The notes under the pieces are model-generated. The model worked only from the letters and a program-made list of their open reading frames with translations. It did no database searches and was not told the origin of the DNA. A stretch of DNA of 64,000 bases. It comes from Thermoplasmata archaeon (GTDB lineage Archaea; Thermoplasmatota; SW-10-69-26; JACQPN01; JAJPHT01). The position numbers and the translations under genes are program-made. The DNA lies in assembly GCA_034667685.1 (NCBI GenBank), contig JAXDQU010000008.1:1-64000 (forward strand), given 5' to 3'. Positions within the stretch are counted from its first letter, which is position 1. Each line of letters opens with the position of its first letter. This document shows positions 12,035 to 20,891 of this stretch, piece after piece.

Positions 12035-13300
12035 ATGAAGGGAAGGCTGCTCGCCGCTTTACTCGTCATCCTCATGCTCGCCGCCACGCTCCCGGCCATG
12101 GCGCGCGATCGCCCCGCCGCGCTGGACTTCGCCCTCGGGCCGCACGTCGCGCGCGCGGCGCCCTTCGCATCCTCCTCCTTCGTGGACGCCGGGGGCGCGG
12201 AGCCCAGCGTGCTCGTGGACCGCGTCACCGGCGTCGTGCTCGAAGGCGACGACCTCGGCGTCCACCGCCTCGACGCCACCACCGGCGCGTGGACCGACGT
12301 CACGCCCCTCTTCATCCCCGGCACCATCAGCACGCCCGTCGTCTCGGGCGGCATCTCGGACGGCTGGGCGCTCGCGCAGGACGCCGCGGGCCGCGTCTAC
12401 ACCTCGACGACCGACGGGCCGATCGTCAACGTCGCCTCCACCACCGACGATGGCACGACGTGGACCGTCCTCCCGGGCATCGTCACGCGCGCGGACGGCG
12501 TCACCGACCGCCCGTGGCTCGCGACGAACGGCGCGGGCAAGGTCGCCGTCATCGACAACGCGCTCGTGGGCGAGGAGTGCTCCTACTCGACCGACTCGGG
12601 CACGACGTTCCTGACGAGCACGATCCCGTTCATCAACGACCTCACGCCCAACGCCGGGAGCGCGAGCTTCGACTCGGCGGGCCACCTCTACTTCGCCATC
12701 GCCGGCTCGCTCCAGCGCTGGACGACGCCCTGCGGCGGCGCGATCCAGACGCGCGCGCTTCCGGCCCAGGGGGCGCAGATCCTCACGCAGGCGGGCGTCA
12801 TGGACAACGACTCCATCTACGTCGCGCAGCCCACGGCGAGCAACGGCAAGATCCAGATCGTCGGCTTCGGAAGCTGGACGGGCGCGCAGAAGACGCTCGA
12901 CGTCTCCCTCTCCAACCTCTCCAGCAACACGTTCGCGGCCATCGCCGTCGCGCACGACCACCTCGCGGTCTCGTGGTACGGCTCGACCTCGTCGGGCGAC
13001 CCGTCCTCGTCCTCCTTCTCGGGCACGTGGAACGTGTACGTCGCCCAGGTGCGCGGCTTCTGGAACGCGACGCCCAGCGTCACCGTGACGCAGGTCACCA
13101 GCGCGGGCAACCACGCGGGCTGGTTCTGCATGGGCGGCACGGGCTGCGGCGTGAGCAGCGGCTCGAACGACCCGCGCGACCTGCTCGACTACCAGGGCGT
13201 CACGTTCGACGCGGCCGGCAACGTGCACCTCGTGTACGGCCAGGACGACCTGACCGACAACAACCCGACGGTGCGCTACGCGGTCGTTCCGGCGTCGTAA
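12035..13300 (+). CDS. Secreted BNR/Asp-box beta-propeller (sialidase-like) protein
   Basis: Signal peptide; GGAEP, TDDGTTW and STDSGTTF Asp-boxes, DRPWLA, RDLLDY; paralog of 15528-16868. Confidence 0.72.
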   Translation: MKGRLLAALLVILMLAATLPAMARDRPAALDFALGPHVARAAPFASSSFVDAGGAEPSVLVDRVTGVVLEGDDLGVHRLDATTGAWTDVTPLFIPGTISTPVVSGGISDGWALAQDAAGRVYTSTTDGPIVNVASTTDDGTTWTVLPGIVTRADGVTDRPWLATNGAGKVAVIDNALVGEECSYSTDSGTTFLTSTIPFINDLTPNAGSASFDSAGHLYFAIAGSLQRWTTPCGGAIQTRALPAQGAQILTQAGVMDNDSIYVAQPTASNGKIQIVGFGSWTGAQKTLDVSLSNLSSNTFAAIAVAHDHLAVSWYGSTSSGDPSSSSFSGTWNVYVAQVRGFWNATPSVTVTQVTSAGNHAGWFCMGGTGCGVSSGSNDPRDLLDYQGVTFDAAGNVHLVYGQDDLTDNNPTVRYAVVPAS

Positions 13301-13481
13301 GCGCCAAACTCACGAAAGGAGGCGCGCACGCCGTTTCCGTTGCAGGGCAGTTCCGCGCCGGTGACGTCCTGCGCGGACCGCCTACACCCGGCGGAGCCTC
13401 GTCTCGTTGCGGGTCGGCGCCATGCCATAGTTTCGGGAATGGTTCGCGCTCATTCAAGCCCCCGAAGCCGCTCGTGCGCGT

Positions 13482-14417
13482 GTGCGCGTCCGATCGGCCA
13501 GCGGGGTTGTGGACGCCGGCAGAACTCCGTCTGGGCGTTTCTGGGTCCATGCCCCAGCGGTCGATGAAGTCCCTTCGGAGCTCGTGGCGATTCACACAGA
13601 TTGGCGCCACCCGCTCCTCCGCCCATTCGTCAAGCCGTCGCTGCGTCTCCCTTTGGGACTTGTCCGGTACGGCTTCTTGGTGCAGGCCAACTCCTCCATG
13701 CGCCGCATTTGCTATGCCCTCATCTACAACGGGCTTACCAATTCACGCGAGCGGATTCTGATTTTCCCCGGCATGGAGCCTGGGCTCTGGCAGCAGCGTG
13801 AAGGAGGCGAGCCGTTCAGACTTGACCATGTGACGGTTGACATCCAAGACGACCGCTTCAGCCTCCACTTGTCGGAGCCCAGGCCGCCGGGGGCGAAGAA
13901 AGTACGCCGGCCTGCCAAGAAGATCCACCTTCCCCAAGATCGGCATGGAAACGTGAACCTGGGGGCACTCATGTTGCGTGACGCCGACTCCATCGCAACG
14001 GCGGGCATCGCGGTTACCAACGCGCGAGGGACGTTGGCTCCAGGGGGGCCGATCGGCGAGAAGGAGCTTGAGGAATCCGTCCGTGGAATGCATCCCGCGC
14101 ACATCTTCGTCGGCCATTGGCCCGCCACGCGGCATCTTGAGCTGAACTTCATCCTCGCCAAGGGTCCTCCGGCATCGGGGCGCTTGCCAGGGCTTCTTCA
14201 TGCCGCGCGCGAAGCCAAAGAATCCGGCAGCCGCGAAGGAATCTACCCGGTGAGTCTCGTCGGCCTACAACTCGGCTCTCGTTGGCTTCACATCGGGGCG
14301 GGATTCGCACAGGGACGCCTCATGCATCCCGCGGGCTGGCTCGTCGGAGAGCCGCGCCCCAGTTGGGCCACCGGATTGCCCTCGGAGGGAGTTGACGCAG
14401 CGCTCTCGATATGGTGA
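13482..14417 (+). CDS. Hypothetical protein with atypical, lower-GC codon usage
   Basis: Long ORF in a compositionally distinct segment; start uncertain (ATG at 13698 also possible). Confidence 0.4.
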   Translation: MRVRSASGVVDAGRTPSGRFWVHAPAVDEVPSELVAIHTDWRHPLLRPFVKPSLRLPLGLVRYGFLVQANSSMRRICYALIYNGLTNSRERILIFPGMEPGLWQQREGGEPFRLDHVTVDIQDDRFSLHLSEPRPPGAKKVRRPAKKIHLPQDRHGNVNLGALMLRDADSIATAGIAVTNARGTLAPGGPIGEKELEESVRGMHPAHIFVGHWPATRHLELNFILAKGPPASGRLPGLLHAAREAKESGSREGIYPVSLVGLQLGSRWLHIGAGFAQGRLMHPAGWLVGEPRPSWATGLPSEGVDAALSIW

Positions 14418-14424
14418 ACTCGGC

Positions 14425-15417
14425 TCAGCCCGTCAGCACCTGCGCGCTGGTCACCCACACGCCGGAGCCGTCGGCGAAGCCCAGCGCGTCGTGGCCGAGC
14501 ACGACCTGGACGGTGTGCGCGCCGGTCAGCAGCGCGAGGTCCTGGGGCGCGACGGTGGCGCGGTAGGCGGGGATCTCGCCGACGCCGGTGTGGACGCCGG
14601 CGAGGTCGAGAGCCTGCTGCGCGGTCCACCACATGACGCTGGCGATCGTCTGGTCCTGCGCGGTGCCGGTGCAGCCGGGGCCGTCGCAGAAGCCGAGGAA
14701 GGCGTAGGTGTACGGCATCGCCACCGCGCTCGCGATGGGCTGGCCGTCCACGAGCAGCGTGAACGTGGGCGGCGACTCGGGGTAGAGGAACCAGTCCTCC
14801 TGGTCGCCGTGGCCGCTGGCGAGGAACTCGACCGTCGCGCTCTGCGGGACGGTGGCGCCGAAGTCGATCGTGGTGGCGGGGCCGCTGCCGCCGATGCCCA
14901 TGCCGGCCATGCGCTGGACGCCGAAGACGTGTGCGGCGGGCGCCTCGACGGCGGCGGCGCTCGGGTCGTCGTAGAACGCGAGGGAGAGCGTCACGACCTG
15001 CCCCTGGCCGACCCACGAATCGGCGTAGCCTTCGACGAGCGCGCTGCCGCCCGCGGGGAGGAGCGCCGCATAGCGCGTCACGTCCTTCGTCACGGTGAAC
15101 TCGGTGCGGGGAGTCGTGCCGCGCAGGACCTCGACGCCGCCGATCGACGCGCTGAACGTGCGGTCCCACGGATCGTCGATGGGCTTCTGGCTCCACGTCA
15201 GCACGACGCGGTTCCAGGCGCCCGCGGGGACGTTGATTGTCTGGCCCTGCCAGGAGGCGCCGGTGAAGCGCGCGTGGTCGAGCACGACGATCGTCGCGAC
15301 GGGCGCGGTGGCCGCGGGCACGTCCGGCCCCTCCTGCGGGAGCGCGGGCGAGGGGATGGCGCCGACGAAGGGGAGCGCGAGCAGGGCGAGGAGGACGAGG
15401 CCGGCGAGGGCTTTCAT
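14425..15417 (-). CDS. Secreted peptide-N-glycosidase A-like (peptide-N4-asparagine amidase) protein
   Basis: Signal peptide; DPWDR...GGVEVLRGTTP...VTKDVTRYAALL and SGHG-E motifs resemble the PNGase A family. Confidence 0.6.
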   Translation of the reverse strand: MKALAGLVLLALLALPFVGAIPSPALPQEGPDVPAATAPVATIVVLDHARFTGASWQGQTINVPAGAWNRVVLTWSQKPIDDPWDRTFSASIGGVEVLRGTTPRTEFTVTKDVTRYAALLPAGGSALVEGYADSWVGQGQVVTLSLAFYDDPSAAAVEAPAAHVFGVQRMAGMGIGGSGPATTIDFGATVPQSATVEFLASGHGDQEDWFLYPESPPTFTLLVDGQPIASAVAMPYTYAFLGFCDGPGCTGTAQDQTIASVMWWTAQQALDLAGVHTGVGEIPAYRATVAPQDLALLTGAHTVQVVLGHDALGFADGSGVWVTSAQVLTG

Positions 15418-15527
15418 CGCCGCGCCAGCGCGCCCGCCCGGCTTGGCCGTTCTCGCGAGACCCTGTGCGCCAAAGCCCGCATGCTCTGAGGAGAACCATG
15501 AAGCCGCGCGAGGGCATCGGCCCGCGC

Positions 15528-16868
15528 ATGCGCCTCGTCCTGGCCCTCGTCGCCGTCGCCCTCTTCGCGCTGCTCGGCTGCGTCTCGCCCGCCGCCACCC
15601 CCGCCCCCGCGGCGCCCCCGGCCGGCGGCGCGGCGCAGGACCCGCACGCGAACCTGTGGCTGCTGGATGGCGCGCGCCCCGCGCTCGACTCGCGCGTCTC
15701 GCAGGGGGGCGCCGAGCCGGCGATCCTCGTCGACGCGCTGGGCCGCTCGATCCTCGTGGGCGACAACGCCGGCGTCCACGTGAGCACGGACCACGGCGCG
15801 ACGTGGACCAAGGTCTGGGTCCCCTTCGTGCCCGGCGCGACGAACAACCTCCCGAGCACGCCCGTCGTCACCGTCGGCGTCGGCAACACCGGCATCTCGG
15901 ACGGCTGGGTCTTCGCGCAGGACGCCGATGGCGCCATCTACGCCTCGACCACCGACGGCGCGCTGATCAACGTCGGGCGCAGCCTGGACGGGGGCCTGAC
16001 ATGGGACGCGACGCCGAGCACGATCGCCACCGACGCGGGCCCGGTCGCCGACCGCCCCTGGCTCGCCGCGCACGGCCACGGCCAGGTCGCCGTCATCTGG
16101 AACGTGGGCGGCACCGACGAGGCGTGCAGCTTCAGCAGCGACGGCGGCACCACGTTCCCGCACAAGACGATCCCCACCTCGGGCACGTCGGGCAACGGCG
16201 TGCCCATCGGCGGGCGCGCCGAGTTCGACCCGCAGGGACGTCTCTACTACTTCGGCAACGGCGGCGGGACCCTGTACCGCTACGACCAGGCGCCCTGCGG
16301 CAACCTGCTCAGCAAGCTCGACATCCCCGCGCACGGCGCGCAGCTCTCGCTCCAGGCGACGACGGACGACACGGGCCACGTCTACACCGCCGTCCCCAGC
16401 GCGGGCAACGGCGCGATGCAGGTCTGGGGCTGGAACGGCACGCGCGGCGCCACGCTCAAGACGCTCACCATCAGCGACCCCTCGCTCCAGGAGAACACGT
16501 ACGGCACGATCCACCAGCAGGGCGGCGAGATCGTCGCGGCGTGGTACGGCAGCTCGACGGCGGGCGACTTCCTGGGCCCCTCGTTCCACGGCGAGTGGAA
16601 CGTCTACGTGGCGCAGGTCCGGAACTTCTGGACCGCCACCCCCAGCGTCACGGTCACGCGCGTCTCGACCGAGCCCAACCACGTCGGTGGGTTCTGCTTC
16701 GGCGGCACGAGCTGCGACACGGGCCAGACCTCGGGCGACCGCGACCTGCTCGACTACTTCCAGGTCACGCACGACGCGCAGGGCAACGCCCACGTCGCCT
16801 ACGCGCACGATGGCGCCACGAGCAGCGTCGAGGTCCGCTACGCGATGGTGCCCGGCACGTCCCCCTAA
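15528..16868 (+). CDS. BNR/Asp-box beta-propeller (sialidase-like) lipoprotein
   Basis: Lipobox LLGC; STDHGATW, SLDGGLTW, SSDGGTTF; paralog of 12035-13300. Confidence 0.72.
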   Translation: MRLVLALVAVALFALLGCVSPAATPAPAAPPAGGAAQDPHANLWLLDGARPALDSRVSQGGAEPAILVDALGRSILVGDNAGVHVSTDHGATWTKVWVPFVPGATNNLPSTPVVTVGVGNTGISDGWVFAQDADGAIYASTTDGALINVGRSLDGGLTWDATPSTIATDAGPVADRPWLAAHGHGQVAVIWNVGGTDEACSFSSDGGTTFPHKTIPTSGTSGNGVPIGGRAEFDPQGRLYYFGNGGGTLYRYDQAPCGNLLSKLDIPAHGAQLSLQATTDDTGHVYTAVPSAGNGAMQVWGWNGTRGATLKTLTISDPSLQENTYGTIHQQGGEIVAAWYGSSTAGDFLGPSFHGEWNVYVAQVRNFWTATPSVTVTRVSTEPNHVGGFCFGGTSCDTGQTSGDRDLLDYFQVTHDAQGNAHVAYAHDGATSSVEVRYAMVPGTSP

Positions 16869-16886
16869 GGCCGATGCCGTTCGCGG

Positions 16887-17009
16887 GGCGCGACGTGGGA
16901 CGTCTACCTCGTGCGCATCACGAGCTTCTGGACGACCTCGCCCACCGTCACGACCAGCCCCGTGCACATGGGCCCCATCTGCCTCGACGGGATCAACTGC
17001 AACGGCGGC
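16887..17009 (+). pseudogene. Fragment of a third BNR-propeller paralog
   Basis: GATWDVYLVRITSFWTTSPTVTTSPVHMGPICLDGINCNGG aligns with GEWNVYVAQVRNFWTATPSVTV...HVGGFCFGGTSC of the upstream gene. Confidence 0.6.
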
Positions 17010-17049
17010 GTAGAAACGTCCAAGCGAAGCGCCTCGCCTCCCGCGGCCG

Positions 17050-17793
17050 ATGACGGACGTCCCGAGGACGCACCCGCGCTACGAGTCGCTGATGACCCGC
17101 GCGCGCATCGAGGAGGGCGTCAAGGAAGGGCTCGTCGCCACGCAGGGGCTCATCGCCCACGGCCGCGGCGAGGCGTTCGACTACCTGCTGGGCGAGGCCA
17201 CGATCCCGCCCGCCGCGGAGGCCGAGCGCGCCGCCGCCGCGCACCTGCTCCTGGCGCGCAACCCCGTGCTCTCGGTGAACGGCAACACGGCCGTGCTCGT
17301 GCCCGACGAGCTCGCCGCGCTCCAGAAGGCGCTCCGCTGCAAGGTGGAGGTCAACCTCTTCCACCGCACCGAGGCGCGCGTCGAGAAGCTGACCGCGTGG
17401 CTGGAGAAGCACGGCTGCACGAACGTGCTCGGCCGCGGCGCGCAGCCCACCATCCCGGGCCTCGACCACGACCGCGGCCGCAGCACGATCGAGGGTATCT
17501 TCAGCGCGGACGTCGTGCTCGTGCCCCTGGAGGACGGCGACCGCTGCCAGGCGCTGCGCGCCATGGGGAAGACCGTCATCGTGGTGGACCTCAACCCGCT
17601 CAGCCGCACGGCCAAGAGCGCGTCGGTCAGCATCACCGACAACGTGCGGCGCGCCGTGCCGGCCATCACGCGCGAGGTCGGTGTGCTATCAAAGTCCGAG
17701 GCGCAGAAGGTCGCGGCCTCCTTCGACGCGGCGCGGAACCTGCGCGAGACGCTGGACTTCATCGCGCGTCGGTTGACGACCTTGTCGGGTTGA
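17050..17793 (+). CDS. Archaeal phosphopantothenate synthetase (4-phosphopantoate--beta-alanine ligase)
   Basis: HPRYESL, GLIAHGRGEAFDYLLGE, SVNGN, EVNLFHRT, VPLEDGDR, DLNPLSRT. Confidence 0.95.
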   Translation: MTDVPRTHPRYESLMTRARIEEGVKEGLVATQGLIAHGRGEAFDYLLGEATIPPAAEAERAAAAHLLLARNPVLSVNGNTAVLVPDELAALQKALRCKVEVNLFHRTEARVEKLTAWLEKHGCTNVLGRGAQPTIPGLDHDRGRSTIEGIFSADVVLVPLEDGDRCQALRAMGKTVIVVDLNPLSRTAKSASVSITDNVRRAVPAITREVGVLSKSEAQKVAASFDAARNLRETLDFIARRLTTLSG

Positions 17794-17806
17794 GCGGGCC
17801 GACGTC

Positions 17807-17882
17807 AACACGAAGGCACGAAGCCACGAAGACACGAAATTTCTGAATCTTCGTGCTCTTCGTGGCTTCGTGCCTTCGTGTT
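17807..17882. repeat. Palindrome built from CACGAAG units (26-bp perfect arms) between convergent genes
   Basis: aacacgaaggcacgaagccacgaaga ... tcttcgtggcttcgtgccttcgtgtt. Confidence 0.85.
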
Positions 17883-17902
17883 CCAGCGGCCGCGGAAGAA
17901 AA

Positions 17903-18493
17903 TCAAGCCTGGAGCAGGTGCCCCATCAAGTCGCGCTTCGTCTCCAGGTAGAAACGATTCGCGTCGTTCTCGCCCGCGATGTGCGGGAGGCGCGCCACGA
18001 CGCGGATGCCGTGCGATTCGAGCGCCGCGACCTTCGCGGGGTTGTTCGTCATGAGGCGGACGCTGGCGACGTCGAGCGCGCGCAGGATGTCGGCGGCCTC
18101 GTCGTAGCGGCGCGCGTCGGCGGGCAGCCCGAGGTTGAGGTTGGCTTCGAGCGTGTTGGCGCCGCGGTCCTGCTCGTGGTAGGCGCGGATCTTGTTGAAG
18201 AGGCCGATGCCGCGCCCCTCCTGCTGGAGGTAGACGACGACGCCGCGCCCCTCGGCCTCGATGCGCGCGAGCGCGAGGTCGAGCTGTGGGCCGCAGTCGC
18301 AGCGCGCGCTCCCGAGGACGTCGCCGGTGAGGCACGACGAGTGCACGCGCGCGAGCACGTCGCGCCCCGCGAGGTCGCCCTTCAGGATGGCGAGGTGCTC
18401 CGCGCCGGAGGGCGCGCGGAACGCGACGACCTCGAAGGCGCCCCACCGGGTGGGAAGCTGCGCGCGGGCGGTGCGGGCCAGGGGCTCGCTCAC
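17903..18493 (-). CDS. ribA: GTP cyclohydrolase II
   Basis: RVHSSCLTGDVLGSARCDCGPQL, QEGRGIGL, LMTNNPAK, YLETKRDLMGH; GTG start inferred. Confidence 0.93.
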   Translation of the reverse strand: MSEPLARTARAQLPTRWGAFEVVAFRAPSGAEHLAILKGDLAGRDVLARVHSSCLTGDVLGSARCDCGPQLDLALARIEAEGRGVVVYLQQEGRGIGLFNKIRAYHEQDRGANTLEANLNLGLPADARRYDEAADILRALDVASVRLMTNNPAKVAALESHGIRVVARLPHIAGENDANRFYLETKRDLMGHLLQA

Positions 18494-18647
18494 GAGGCAG
18501 GCGAAGCCAGGCCCGGCCTTGAAGCTTCTGGATTCTACCCACTCTTGGGTTTGCGAATCGCTCGGGGAACTCTCGTCTCGTGCGTTCCATCCCGCGGCTG
18601 GGTTGCCGGCCCAAAGCCTGAACCCGGCGCGCGGCGCTGCGGGGAGC

Positions 18648-19964
18648 GTGCCCCGGCTCGCGGACCCGATGCGCCTCGGAGAGCGCGAGGTCCGCAATCG
18701 GCTCTACCGCGCGCCGGTGCTGGAGGTCGCGGGCAACGGCCCGGACGCCGCGCGCATCCTGCGCCGCGAGCTGGAGCCCAGCGCCGCGTCCGGCGTCGGC
18801 CTCGTCTTCCAGGGCGCTTGTCTCGTGACCCCCAGCGGAGGCCGGAGCGCGCCGGGCCTCTCGCGCGTGCACGACCGCGCGTTCGTGCAGTCGCTCAAGC
18901 CCGCGGTCGACGCGGTGAAGGCGCACGGCGCGCTTCTCCTGATGCAATTGGGCCACGGCGGCCTCCAGACGATGGAGCTGTGGCACCATGCGTACCGCGA
19001 CGCGCACCCCGACGTCGAGACCCTCGCGGTCAGCGAGCCCCCCTGGTGGTTCCGCGCGCTCTCGCCGCTCCTGGACCTCTCGCGCGTGCGCGTGATGTCG
19101 GACGACGAGCTGCGCGGCCTCGCGGCGGCGTTCGGGCGCGCGGCGTCGCACGCGGCCGAGGCGGGCTACGACGGCGTGCACCTCGCGGGCGCCAACGGCA
19201 GCATCTTCCAGCAGTGCTGGAGCCCCGTCTTCAACCGCAGGACGGATGCGTTCGGCGGCGATGATATCAACGGCCGATCGGCCTTCTTCCGTCTGGTGGT
19301 CGAGGAGATCCGCCGCAGCACGCCGCGCGGCTTCCTGCTCACCACGAAGATCCCCGCCGAGACGGAGGCGCCGTTCTTCGTCCGCGGCGCGCTCTCGCTG
19401 GAGGAGGGCGTGCGGATCGCGCGCGTGGCCCACGACGCGGGCGTGGACGCCATCGCGCCGGTGCGCGTGGGCGTCACGCGCGACCAGGCGACCGCCCGGG
19501 GAAAGTTCCCGGCGCTCGCGTGGAAGGACCCGCGCTGGCAGCGCGGCTACGACGCCGCGTTCGGCGGACCGGCGCGCAAGGCCGTCGTCCGCGAGGCCAA
19601 CCGCGCCGCGGCTCGCCTGGTCCCCTTCGAGCCCGCGTGGAACGCGCGCTTCTGCACGATGGTGAAGGGGGCGGTGCCCACGCCCGTGCTCTGCGAGGGA
19701 GGCCTGCGCGACAAGGGGCAGATGGAGGCGCTGCTCGCCAACGGCGCGTGCGACATGGTCGGCATGGCGCGCCCCTTCTACGCCGAGCCGCGCCTCGCGT
19801 GGCGCCTGCTCCACGAGCCCGAGGGAGCGCGGCTGCTCTGCGAGAGCTGCAACAACTGCGCCATCCCGCAGGTGACGGGCGCGCCGGGCGTCTGCCGCAC
19901 GCCGAAGATCATGGCGAAGCGCGGAGCGCTCGCCAAGCGCGGCGCGTACGGCGAGCCGCCTTGA
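18648..19964 (+). CDS. NADH:flavin oxidoreductase (old yellow enzyme-like)
   Basis: VRNRLYRAP, QLGHGG, AGYDGVHL, NRRTDAFGG, GMARPF, C-terminal CESCNNC. Confidence 0.85.
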   Translation: MPRLADPMRLGEREVRNRLYRAPVLEVAGNGPDAARILRRELEPSAASGVGLVFQGACLVTPSGGRSAPGLSRVHDRAFVQSLKPAVDAVKAHGALLLMQLGHGGLQTMELWHHAYRDAHPDVETLAVSEPPWWFRALSPLLDLSRVRVMSDDELRGLAAAFGRAASHAAEAGYDGVHLAGANGSIFQQCWSPVFNRRTDAFGGDDINGRSAFFRLVVEEIRRSTPRGFLLTTKIPAETEAPFFVRGALSLEEGVRIARVAHDAGVDAIAPVRVGVTRDQATARGKFPALAWKDPRWQRGYDAAFGGPARKAVVREANRAAARLVPFEPAWNARFCTMVKGAVPTPVLCEGGLRDKGQMEALLANGACDMVGMARPFYAEPRLAWRLLHEPEGARLLCESCNNCAIPQVTGAPGVCRTPKIMAKRGALAKRGAYGEPP

Positions 19965-20041
19965 GCGCGGCCCGTCGTCCGCCTGCCCGGCCGTGGACAG
20001 CGCTTCATAGGCCTGGAGCCGATAGGGCGGGGAGGGAACGG

Positions 20042-20413
20042 ATGCACCTGCTCTTGGCCGACGACGACGAGGGGACGCGTTTCGTGGTCAAACGCACGCT
20101 CGCCGCGCTGGGCATGGCCATCGACGTCCACGAGGCGCGCGACGGCAAGGAAGCCCTCGACCTCCTGGAGGCACGGCGCTTCGACGCCATCCTCACCGAC
20201 TACCGGATGCCGCACGCGACGGGCGTCGAGGTCCTGCATCGCGCGATGCAGATGCAGCCCCACGCGCGCCGCATCCTCATGAGCGGGACGCTCCACGAGG
20301 CGATCCTGCGCGACGCCGTCGCGCCCGGCTGCGCCGACTTCTGCTTCGAGAAGCCCATGCGTCGCGACGAGTGGCTGCGCCTCCTGCGCATCGGGCTCGT
20401 GCTCGAAGCCTAG
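20042..20413 (+). CDS. Single-domain response regulator
   Basis: LLLADDD, ILTDYRMP, LMSG, FEKP. Confidence 0.88.
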   Translation: MHLLLADDDEGTRFVVKRTLAALGMAIDVHEARDGKEALDLLEARRFDAILTDYRMPHATGVEVLHRAMQMQPHARRILMSGTLHEAILRDAVAPGCADFCFEKPMRRDEWLRLLRIGLVLEA

Positions 20414-20549
20414 AACCTGTTTCATAACCTCCTCCATTGCTGCAAGGTTTTTCTGTTTATCTTCGTGCGGCGCGAAGCCGCGGCCCAAACAGGGCGCAAC
20501 CACGGGGAGAGGATTCTACGCGACTGCGACGGAGGTTGTGAAACAGCCT
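20414..20549. mobile_element. MITE-like non-autonomous element with CTAG direct repeats
   Basis: Terminal inverted repeats aacctgtttcataacctcc / ggaggttgtgaaacagcct, flanked by ctag at 20410-20413 and 20550-20553. Confidence 0.65.
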
Positions 20550-20735
20550 CTAGCGCTGCCACGGCTCCCGGGCGTCGGCGGGGAACGGCGCAGCCGCGCG
20601 AGATGCAGAGCGTGGGAGAGCCGGTCGCGCGCGGCAGGACCCATGCGCCGGGGGCCAGCAGCGCGACCGCGCCGGCGAGCGTGAGCGCCACGTTCCCGCG
20701 CCGGAGCGGGGACGATCTGGAAAAGGCTCGCATTG

Positions 20736-20834
20736 CGTGACCCCGGAAAAACCCGAGAACCCGACGACCCGAGAACCCGGCCCGAAGATTCGGGTTCTCG
20801 GGTCGTCGGGTTCTCGGGTTTTTCCGGGGTCACG
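20736..20834. repeat. Perfect palindrome, 44-bp arms with 11-nt loop, made of (A)CCCGA(G) units
   Basis: cgtgaccccggaaaaacccgagaacccgacgacccgagaacccg followed by its exact reverse complement. Confidence 0.9.
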
Positions 20835-20891
20835 AATCAGACGCGAAGCCTCACGACGTGCGCCGGGCCGCAGCCCGTCGTGTCGTCGGCT

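Noticed and set aside
16869-17012. DGR template repeat
   Set aside because: Divergence is not adenine-specific, includes a deletion, and there is no reverse transcriptase in the window
20422-20733. Intact small membrane protein gene
   Set aside because: Its 3' part runs through the MITE; at best a fragment, with no recognisable family
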